NCBI GenBank assembly: GCA_010909165.1
Contig: MU008169.1
Coordinates: 992,001-1,056,000, forward strand
DNA: 64,000 nt
DNA from: Anthoceros angustus
Taxonomy: Eukaryota; Plantae; Anthocerotophyta
Direction of reading: 5' to 3'
The notes below the pieces were generated by a model. It was not told where the DNA came from. It worked only from the letters and a program-made list of their open reading frames with translations, and made no database searches. Positions 47,141 to 57,540 of this stretch are shown here, one piece after another (position 1 is the stretch's first letter; the number at the start of each line of letters is the position of its first letter). Made by a program: the position numbers and the translations under genes.

Positions 47141-47324
47141 CATCTCTCGACGTCCGATGACGATGTCCATGGACTCCATGGACATTCATGCTTCTTGCTT
47201 AGCAATATAGTAGCGTACGTGCATCCATGCATCCATTTCAGCAAGAAAGCGGCTCTGCATCGAACCATTTGGCACGTGGCATTAATTTGAAAGCCCAAAG
47301 AAATTTCCACCTACTTGTCACATT

Positions 47325-47605
47325 ATTGTACGAGCTCGAATTGCTGCATGGTTCAAGACATCAACAAATGTCTAGCCCAAAGAAACCAGCTGCTTGTATT
47401 AGCGTTGTACGAGCTCGAATTGCTCCATATTGTGCAAGACATCAACAAATGTTGAGCTCTTCATAGCAAAAACTCCATTGCCCATGAATGATGACACAAT
47501 CATGTGAGATGTCCAGCCAAGCCAAGGAATACAAGTGACACACTAATGAATTTGTAAATGACATAAAGAAGAAAGATTAACAACCTTGTTAGTTATAATA
47601 ACTTC
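47325..47605 (-). pseudogene. Short inverted GWD remnant; His-domain exon present twice
   Basis: cgagctcgaattgct(g/c)cat..caagacatcaacaaatgt occurs twice. The remnant ends caaccttgttagttataataactt, matching GWD ~36456-36480. Confidence 0.75.
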
Positions 47606-47679
47606 CGAAAAGTTCAATTACTGCGTTTTTATGCTCTATTTCTATTTCAAAGTTCAACTCAAGACCCCCATTGGTAAGG

Positions 47680-47740
47680 GGGTGCTCTAACCAACTCAGT
47701 AAATAGAGCTTGCGAGAAGTTCAATTACGGCATTTTTATC
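47680..47740 (-). other. Degenerate tRNA-like (SINE-head-like) sequence in the array spacer; second copy about 52085-52150
   Basis: Minus strand ctgagttggttagagcacccccttaccaatgggggtcttgagttgaac: A-box-like motif, CCCCC/GGGGG stem-loop and degenerate B-box. Confidence 0.35.
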
Positions 47741-48839
47741 CTCTGGATGCTCTAATTGACTCAGTTAGTAGAGCTGTTGTTCAATAAGTGAAATCATATT
47801 ATTCTAAATATTAAAACGGCAATGTGGTTGGAGGAGGGGATCTTTCATGAAATCAAAGCCAAAAAGTCACATCTAAGGGATAACTAAATAAATTATGTAA
47901 TATATTTATTTTAAAATATAAACCCGTATCATTAAATTGCACCAAAATAAAAATTATTTTTATTTTAGAAAGGTTCAATGGCTTAGTATACCTAGTACAA
48001 TAGTCTAATTTATTCCCGAATCTTCTTAATTCTTGTTATGATTATTTCTTTGTATGTATGATGAGTGTTTAAGGCCATCACATGTGATCCAAATCATTGC
48101 AACACGAGTTACAACTTGTAACACTTGAAACTAGTTATTCAAAATGAGGACTCTGAAAGGTTCTAATTAGCACTGCTGAATGCAGAAAGATAATCTATAA
48201 CTACATCTAAATAGTGTACATGGAGCCGGTCCATTTATTTTATAGTGAACTTGATTGTAAATTTAGTTCATAGAAGAGGGCTTTTACAATAGGTGACACC
48301 GTAGGCCTTTTTATATGACAGGGGAATGAGTAACAACCCATTCCAGGAGTGATCCAACTCAAGGATGCTTGATCGTTAGTGTGGGTCCATTTAAATCCAA
48401 TCTACTAAGGTTGTTAGAGGTTAAATCTAAATAATCGTAAAATATATATACGATTTAATTAACATATCATGCTTAGCTGTAATCTTGACTACAAGCCTAA
48501 CTTCTGATCAAGTGGGATTATCTCCAGCATCCGATCTGATCTTCAGTTCAAAATGTTTTCCTTGTAAATGGTCCATGGTTCATGCCCAAAACCCTGAGGT
48601 GAACCGACAGAGACATCCAGACCCGACCAGGATCCAGCCTCCGATAAGTGTGTGGGAACATGAAAAGATCAGACTGATAAGAGAATGCGAGAAGTCTACG
48701 ACTGACTGTCTAGCTTCTCCAGGCGTTGCTGACCCGAAGGCTATGATGGAGCACCGAGGCTTACGTCCATCACCAGATTGTTGGTGTGAAGTGCAAGGAG
48801 CGGTGTATACGACTCCAAGTAGTTTGGTCATGCACGAGA

Positions 48840-51040
48840 ATGGCTCGAGGTGGACTGCTACTCTATCTTGATGTTTGCTTCCACTTTCTCGCATGATTCT
48901 ACATGTGCTGGCCATGGCACTCTAGGCTTAGGCTGATGACAAAGTGCAAGCATGGCTGGATTGTCAACCCTTCCTGGCTCACTTGCAGGGCAGACTCCGA
49001 GGAAGAATCCAGTGCTTGGTCGGAAGAAAGCTGCAGAAACTCCCCCATTATCCCAGCCACCAAGGTTGGTGGTCTCCTACTATGTCTAAGGGCTTGTTGT
49101 CCTTTGGATATTTATGTACGTCTACTTCGGATGAACCGAAGAGGTTTGGCATTTGGCTGGCAGTCTATGACTGTACCCCTTTCTTGTGCTGGGCTGCAGT
49201 AAGAAGCAGGCGCGTGGCGAGGCTAATCAGAGCATTGATCAGTTAAAGGATGTCACGGCCGCGAGTGGCGTAAACCTCAGGGTAAGATGTTATTTAGATT
49301 GTAGTTGTTGCCTGGGAGTGGGGATAATGTTGCTCTGTCTGTAATAGCCTCTGCATTCTTGATTCCTTCCAGGAGGAGAAAGAAGAGCAGATGCTGGCAG
49401 GACCAAGGGAAGAAAGCCGCACCCCAGAAGCAATTTCAAAAGCTGTTCAAGATGAAGAAGATAGGTTGTTTCTAGATAGAGGGTTTTTACACAAAAAACT
49501 ATATGACGTAGGCAAGCTGGCTTCTCCATCTTCTAAAAGAGTGCTGGGGGAATTGTATGCACTGGTGGTTGTGTAGGATGTGGGAAATGCTCATGAGCAA
49601 AAAACTAAACTGAACCTGTGCTGGGCCGTGCAGCTGAGGCCAAGGGATTTCGGTCTGTGGGTGATGACATGGAGAAATGTTTGTCTAAGGTATGATGTTC
49701 CTGTGTGCGCCAACTTTTGTTTTGTTTTGAGCTAAGGTCATATGCACTTAGGAGTGGCAAGTGTTTCCATCCTTCTAGGAGCTTTGTATGTAACAGAATG
49801 TAGTGTCCTTATTCTGTGCAGCTATGCCTATTGGCAGGCTACAGAGGAGTATATGCGTAGAATGTTGTACAACATAATCAAGCTCTCCCAGCAGGTACCT
49901 GCTTACTTGCACTTTCCAAGTTCAAACTGGGAGGCCACTTTGTACCATAGTCAGCAAAACTCAAGAAGATTGGTAACGGAATGTTTTGGTTTGATAGCGC
50001 TGTGATTCTGAGAAGGGCAGGCTCAGGTTCGTGGTTACAACAGATGTACAGGATCTGTTGAAAAAAAAGAAGGAAAAAGAAGCTCTGGAAAAGAAGCAGG
50101 CTGAAGAGAATGAAAGGTTGCGGAAGATGACTGAGGTAGTCTGCTTCTACTCTGATAACTTGCTGGTTGAAATCCACACTTTGCTTTGGGACAAGTTCTG
50201 TATTCTTCTGCATGTGAGAAATTGGTTGCGATTGCTGACAGTTGTGAAAAAACTGTTTTTCACTCGCCCTGAAAAAGGACAAAGGCAGGCTTACAGATGT
50301 GGAAAACGATGAGCTGCGGGCAAAAGCTCAAAAGGTACGGAAAATGGCCACTCTATCTTGAAGAGTTGTAGCTACTGTATGTTACAGTGCTCCTGACATG
50401 GTATGGCTGGTTGTGACTGGCAGGCAAAGCAAGAAAAGGAAGACAAAATGAGAGCTAATGAAGCCAACATTGCCGCAAGACGAGCAATAGGTGCTGATGA
50501 CATGCTCAGCAAGTGGACGATGCTAGCTGAACAAGGACGGCGGAAGCGGCAAGTTGAACATGCAGGTGTGTAGACAACCTGATACTTTCAAACCTGAGGA
50601 TGGTGATAATTCGAGCTTGACCAAGGACCAGATCAATTGAGCAGCACGTGGTTTGCAAAAGAGCAAGAAAGGAGACGAGAGATAGGACATACAGGTCAAG
50701 GAGGCGGACCACAGCAGGTGACGACAACTGGCACACCCCCTGGTATTCTCTCCCTTCAATCACTAGATGTGCGCTTGTTTCTCAACTTTGTCGACTGTGA
50801 ACTGGGTTCAAATTACTTTGTGTTTTGTTCATGTCATGGCCGGGCCCAGGATCTGCATCAGCGAGAGGCAGAACGTCACCTCAGGCTGGAAGGTCCCAAA
50901 CCGTCATCACCGTGAAGGACGTTCTTGCTGCTATGGAAAGGGATCCACACTTTGGGAAGAGTACGTTGCTCTACCAGGTGTATGAGATGGAGAGGAAAAC
51001 ATCTTCTGACGTTGGAGATAGAATAGCAACCAAGAGGTGA
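48840..51040 (+). CDS. TAF4: Array unit 3: chimeric gene, array micro-exon fused to TAF4 C-terminal (histone-fold) region, 352 aa, 11 exons
   Basis: Exons 48840-49, 48989-49064, 49200-281, 49373-511, 49634-689, 49838-894, 49998-50135, 50278-334, 50424-565, 50632-742 and 50850-51040 join in frame. Motifs QSIDQLKDVTAASGVNLREE, ANIAARRAIGADDMLSKW and ITVKDVLAAMERDPHFGKSTLLYQVY. The exon 10 acceptor is weak. Confidence 0.82.
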
Positions 51041-51199
51041 TTGGGCTGCTTATTTTTGAGGCCTCATTGAACCATTTGGCACCGGGGACTGATTTGTACA
51101 GTATGTTTTCATTTGAGACGTTTCGTTGAAATCAACTACATACATACATCGCACTTCCTAGCCTCTTTTGCTTGACGCTCAGAAGAAGCCTCCACTTAC

Positions 51200-51665
51200 T
51201 TACTCAGAGTCATGAAAAGTGAGCGACTTCATTGCCACTTTCAAAAGGTCATGATTTCTTACTAAGAGTGGTGCATGTTCTTAAAAAAACCATCAAAGTA
51301 TTTTGGTGCATCAAATTCATCAAGGTCACAGCACGTTGCAAGGAAGACGTTGAAATGCGAACAAGAAGACTTGGCAGCACTCTTAAGTAGGAGCAACCTC
51401 AGCATAATGAAATGGTAGCTCAAACCATCATGTCAAACCAATTGAAATACTAGCAATTGGAGCCCAAAAAAACCAGCTACCTATATTCCTGTTCTGAGCT
51501 CGAATTACTCCATGGCTCAGAACATCAGAAAATGTCAAGCTCAAAACAGCATAAACCCTAATACCCAAGAATGATGACACAATGTTGTGTGTGCAGCCAA
51601 TGAATACATGTGACACAAGGATGCATTTGCAATCATGATAAAGAAAGCTTAATAACCTTGTAAGG
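51200..51665 (-). pseudogene. Inverted GWD remnant (~37240 to ~36475 with deletions)
   Basis: Co-linear with 45190-45830. Confidence 0.8.
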
Positions 51666-51701
51666 TATACATGAAACACACCAACAACCTTATCAGATAT
51701 A

Positions 51702-52053
51702 CCGTACCCTGAGGGGTGATTCAGCATTAATTAATTAAAATTAATAAAATTTAAAAATCCAGAAATTATTATACTTAAAATATTGAATATGTAAAAATTT
51801 TTTAGTTTAAGATGCCGAAAACAAGGAAATTAGGGTTTGTGTGGAAAATTAGGACATGTTTAACGGAGGTCTATATATATCAATTAGTTATATATATATA
51901 CCTATGTATTTTAATAAAAATTGAAAATTGATAAAATTATTTTTCGTAAATTTTGAAAATTTGAAAAATATAAATATTTATGTTGGACCTTATTTTTTTT
52001 CAAAAAAAATTTATTTGGGCATTATCCTGTTGAACCACCCCCTCACGGTACGG
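51702..52053. mobile_element. 352-bp MITE, Tc1/mariner-type
   Basis: TIRs CCGTACCCTGAGGGGTGATTCA and TGAACCACCCCCTCACGGTACGG; TA on both flanks; AT-rich core. Confidence 0.85.
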
Positions 52054-52965
52054 TAATAACTTGCTAAGTGCGTTATTATGCTCTAATTGAAAGTTAAACT
52101 CAAGACCCCCAATTATTTGCGGGTGCTCTAACTAACTTAACTAACAGAGTTGTTGTTCAATAAGTGAAATCATATTATTCTCAAAGTTAAAAGAGCAATG
52201 GGGTTGGGAAAGGGGGGCAGAGCGAAGCTCTCTTCTTATGAAATCAAGGCCAGGAAATCACAGCTTTAAGGGATAACTAACTAAAATCAAGGCTAGAAAG
52301 TCTCATCTTAAGGGATGATTAAATAAATTCTTTGTTCAGCTGGTAAATCTTGTTATGATTATTTTTACGGTGTATGATGAGAGTGTACACCCTTCACATG
52401 TGATCCAAATCATTATCATATTTTTGACCAGTGCATCTGATATTCCCTAAAATATTGAAGCTAGATACTCAAACGGGGACTCTGAAAGATTTTAACTAGA
52501 CCTGTTGAATAGAAATAGATAATATCTAAGCAAAATTATATACCTGTGGATGATGTACAAATAGCTGGTCCATTACGTCTAATCTTTGGCCAATAACTAG
52601 TGTAGATAAGGATCTTAGAGTTCACATTTTAAATCTCCAGCATCCGATCTGATCTTAAATTTTCATTGCAAATGGTGGAAGGTTTATGCCCAAAACCTTG
52701 AAGTAGTTACCGGGTTGAGAGAAACATCCAGATCCAACCAGGATCCAGCCTCCGATATGTGTGTTGGGAACAGGAGAAGCTTGGAGTGATAGAGAATGCG
52801 AGGAGTCCAGGACTGACTGTCCAGCTTCTCCATGCGTTCATGACCGAAATTTAAGTTTGAAGAAGGCGATGATGGAGCACCCAGGCTTACGTCCATCGCC
52901 AGACCGTTGGTGTGAAGTGCAAGGAGCGGTGTATACGACTCCAAGTAGTTTGCTCATCCACGAGC

Positions 52966-53696
52966 ATGGGTTTAGGTGGTACTACTACTCTATCTTGATG
53001 TTTGCTTCAAGTTTCTAGCATGATTCTACATGTGCTGGCCATGGCACTCTAGGCTTAGGCTAATGGGGCATTAATGCTCAACTGCAGCATCGAGCTCAAT
53101 TTCTAGGCAAAATCAGCGCGACCATACCGTTCCTCTTCCCCCGGGCATTAAGAATCCCCTATGGAGATTCGAAGGTCTAGGAGTGCCCGTTGTGTACCCG
53201 CTCATCAGAAACGGCAGGAGAGAGAACCGAGTGGGGGTTCTTGTACGAGTTCATCCGCACGTAAGATGCAACACAGTCTTTCCATGCATGCTGTTCAAGC
53301 TTTTGTTCAAGCTACTAACACCAGTTGCTATGCTGCATTGCGCGAATTGGCTGGAATTTGTAAATCCAGGATGGCTGGTGCACAGTGTTCGAAGGAAGTC
53401 CGCGAAAACTGGAGCAGCTGCGATCGGATCCACGAGCCGTTGTGCTAGGGCAAGTATACCACCACAGCGCTCTGTCCATCTTGCGGCCGAAGGTGCGCGG
53501 GCAGAGGGTTATGATTCTATCGAGCTATCTGCGAGGCCGCTTGGGAGGCGTCCGGAGAATGTACTCGAATTTTGGCTCGGAGCCTCGAGCCTATGTGCTC
53601 TTGGATGTAGTCGGTGCGAACAGGAATAATAATAATGTAGTCCGAGAGTTTGTCAGTGTAAAGGTGAGTGACACGGCCTTGATACCAGACACATGA
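52966..53696 (+). CDS. Array unit 4: tandem-KOW protein, 169 aa; exons 52966-52975, 53088-53260, 53370-53696
   Basis: In-frame splicing gives MGLASS..PLPPGIKNPLWRFEGLGVPV..VGVLVRVHPH-DGWCTVFEG..LSILRPKVRGQRVMILSSYLRGRLG..AYVLLD..VSVKVSDTALIP. Confidence 0.72.
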
Positions 53697-54024
53697 GAAG
53701 CCTGAGCTTCGAATTCTCGGCGGCCGATGAAGATGTCCATGGACTCCATGGACATCCATGATTCTTGCCTAGCAACGTTATATAGCAGCGTACGTTCATC
53801 CATCTTAGCGATTGAAGTTATTGAACCATTTGCCACCATTTGTACAAGATGTTTTCATTTGAGACTTTTCGTTGAAATCGACAATGCATGTAGACATCGC
53901 CCTCCTAGCCTCTTTTGTTGACACTGGTCGGAAGGAGTACCTGATTGAGCCCTAAGTCATTGTCGAGCTCAAAACACTAGAAACTCTAGCGATCGGGTAT
54001 GGAACATACGGGAGGGTCACTCTG

Positions 54025-54890
54025 ACGTTACCATCCTCTAGCTGTCCACTTGCTGGCCCATACACAGCAGACTGCTTGCCACACACTATCCCATCGATCT
54101 GTATGTGTTTCCTTTTCATGCACAGCTTTTATGAAACCCAGCTGTATGTGTTTCCTTTTCATGCACAGCTTTTATGAAACCCAGCTCTTCAGCAACAGAC
54201 GTCGTGGGGCTACGAGGTCCTGCCTGACCAGATCCCTAACCCTTTTCCCCTCAGCTGGTACTTTGAAACAGGAACAGACAAGAGGTGGATCACGACAAAG
54301 GTGTTCTCTCTAGAGATAGATCAACACCTATGCATGACCAGGAACATGATTCCAACTTTCAGGTTAGAGAAAACCTATCCTGATGATTTCAACGAGTACG
54401 CTTTGAAATCCGGAAGCTAGGCCCTGATGGCTGATGCGGTAGTAGCATTGATGGGGTCATTCACAACCTTCCAAACACATCAATGGCAGGCTCATGGCAA
54501 GCGAGAACTAGCAAGAAAATGATGTTCGCATGCAGGAGATAGGTTAGACTCCACATCACGAATTTCAAAGGTAGCAGAACACTCATCCAAGACAATGGGA
54601 GTTAACAAGGATGCAGCAGGTTGCAAGCAAGACCTTGAAATGCAAACAAGTATACACATACGAGTATTCTGAAGTATACATAGAAGTAACCTTAGCACAA
54701 GGAAATGGTAGCTCAAAATATCTTGCCAAACCTATTGAAATACTAGCAAGGTGTACTCATTGAAAGCTCGAATTCCTACATGGCTCAGGACATCTCCATC
54801 AAAACAGCAAACGGGCCCATCGGGTATATCCTCCATGCCGCTCATCTTTAATCCCCAAAAATAATGACATGATCATGTCATGTGTGCATA
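54025..54890 (-). pseudogene. Inverted GWD remnant (~38065-37530 joined to ~36930-36640), with a 43-bp tandem duplication
   Basis: ORF 54050-54313 parallels the GWD antisense ORF 37667-38029; includes atcgggtatatcctccatgcc (GMEDIPD). Confidence 0.85.
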
Positions 54891-55880
54891 CATACCTTCC
54901 ACACATAGGCTGCCGATAGCCCATTTACAAGTGGCGGAGTTTGTAGACGTGCTTGCTATGAGCTCAAGTTTGCAGTAGCATATTGTATATATAGAAAATA
55001 GTATATATAGGAAGTAGTTTATGTACAAATATTGACAAAGCCTACACAGAAGTTTAAACGTGTTTTTTCTCTTCTACTAAAGGGGGAAGGTTTGCTTTCT
55101 TCTCTAAAAGGGCTATTCCTTCAAAGCCTTTGCAAAGAATTCTTGCTCTCAAAGACCACTCCTTCAATGTTTTGGTACAAACACTCCTTGTGCAAAATGC
55201 TTACTTCTTCAAAGCCTTTTCAAATAAAATTAATAAACTTAAAAAATAAAAAGAGTCTGCACTTTCATTACTACCTGCTTGAGGTACCTAAATTTGTTTT
55301 AAGAAAATACTTCTTCAATACCCTTCTACAAGAAAATAGTTGGTATTAATCAAAAGAAATATATTGTTTGCATTTACTGTGAGCTCAGTTGCTCCTCTTC
55401 ACTCCGACCCCCGGGTCCCCATTTGTTGTCCCTTCCTAGATGGTCTCTTTCCATCGTTCTTTCACCTCAATAAATCATCTCTTCAATCCTTTACTGTGAG
55501 AAGTATGTTGTCATTGAGATTTGAACTCAATGTGAGAAGTATGTTGTCATTGAGATTTGAACTCAATACCTCTTACTTAAAAGATACGAAGGAAGTGCTT
55601 TCCAATTAGGGCTTTAATTAGATCTGCTTGATAAAAATATATTCAAAAGTCCAATCCACTGCTGGCCTCCCATGCCGTGCCGGAACGTGAAAAGCACGGG
55701 GTGGGAATGCGAGGAGTCCAGGACCGACTGTCCAGCTTCTCCATGGCCAGGCGCGTTCATGACCCAGTGTTTGAAGAAGGAGCGCCTTGGCTTACGTCCA
55801 TCGCCGGATCGGTATCGTGCGCGTGAAGTGCAATCAAGGAGCGGAGTATACGGCTTCAAGTTGGTTGCGAAAGCAGCAGA

Positions 55881-56667
55881 ATGGGAGGTGAAGAGGATGA
55901 CTACTCTATCTTGATGTTAGCTTCAATTTTTCCGCAAGATTCTAGATCTGCTGGCCATGGGGCTCTAGGCTGAATTACGCTAATCGGCCATTCATGCTCA
56001 CCGTATATATGCATGCACCCGCGCAGGACTCAACTCAAATGCTCGGAGCAATGACATCGACCTTGGTCCTCTTCCCTCGGGCATTGACAATCCCCTATGG
56101 AGACTGGACGGTCTGATGGTCCCCGTTCTGTACCCGGTGAACAGCCGCACGGGAGAGACCGCTGCGGGAGTCCTGATGAGAGTTCATCCGCACGTAAGAT
56201 ACCTCACATTCCATGGATGCTGTTCAAATCAGTGCACGGGGTATTTGAAACTCTACTGACACCAGCTGCCATGCTGCATCGCCTGCATTGGCGGTGGCTG
56301 GAATTTGTCATTGCAGAATGGCCTGTGCACCGTGTTCCACGGAACTCGGCCACAACTGTTGCGAGTGCTGCGAGCGGAGCCGGATCCAGGCTTGTCAACA
56401 ACAGCGTGGCCAGGCGGGGAGTACCACTACAGCACGTTGTCCATCTTGCAGCCTACTGTGCGCGGCGAGAGGGTTATGCTTCTGTCGAGCCATATGCGAG
56501 GCCGCTTCGGAATCGTTCGGGACATCGTCTACTGGCGTGACGCAGAGCCTGACGCGTATGTGATCATGGATAATGGCGGTGCGAGCAGGAGTAAGCATGA
56601 TGTCCCAAAGCTAGAGCGTGTCAGGGTGAGGGACCTGGCCAGCGTCCGAGATGAACGAGAGGCCTGA
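55881..56667 (+). CDS. Array unit 5: tandem-KOW protein, 174 aa; exons 55881-55887, 56027-56193, 56317-56667
   Basis: In-frame splicing gives MGGLNS..PLPSGIDNPLWRLDGLMVPV..AGVLMRVHPH-NGLCTVFHG..LSILQPTVRGERVMLLSSHMRGRFGIV..DAYVIMD..RVRVRDLA. A further exon-3 scrap lies at about 56745-56835. Confidence 0.72.
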
Positions 56668-57086
56668 GCGTCCGATGAGGATGCCCATGCATATGGACAC
56701 CCGTGCATCTTGCTCAGCAACTGATCAGCGTACATGATTCTCTTGGGGCTATCTGCGAGGCCGCCTCCATGGGAACCGGCCGTTCGGAAGACCAACTCAC
56801 GTTTCAGCTCGGAGCCTGACGCGTATGTGCTTGGACAATACGTGTCCTCTGTCCATTTATGGAGATATCAAACATACTTTTATTAACTATTTACTACAGT
56901 TCGATCCTTAAATTTTTTCTCTTTTCTTAATTTCATTATTGCAGGAACTTGTTTAAAATAAATATGGAAAATGAGAACACAGCATATTCAATTTTTCAAC
57001 CTACCACATATTTGATTATGTTTCACAACCTACAAGATATTTGATTATGCTTCGTAGCTCTAGTTTCAAGATCAGACTCGGAATAG

Positions 57087-57507
57087 TATGGCATACCAAA
57101 GAGGACAGAGGGGACGGACATTTTTTTTCTTCCGCAAAACTTTTGGTGTCCGGTTTGGTAACCCGACCGAAATGGGGTAGCCCAAAGGGGACGCACCAAA
57201 GCGGCCACTTCATGTCACCGGATTTCATAAAGGAACTTTAGGGTTTTTGCGCACTCTATGTGTTTTGTCCCACGCGAACAAAAATTTTTGTTCAGCAACG
57301 CTCCTGCTTAGGGTCCGGTAGGCCTCATAGGCAAGCCACATGCCCGTTTTAGGGTTCATGTGCTAAGAGGGTGGAGCAGCATGGTTTAGGGCGGGGTTTA
57401 GGGCAAGCGATTTGGCGGGGCGCTGCGCCACGCCGCACGGTGGTTGGTGCGGCCGGGCGGGCGGGCGGGCGGCGGCGGCGGCGGCGGCGGGCGAGGCGGG
57501 CGGGCGA

Positions 57508-57540
<33 letters not shown>

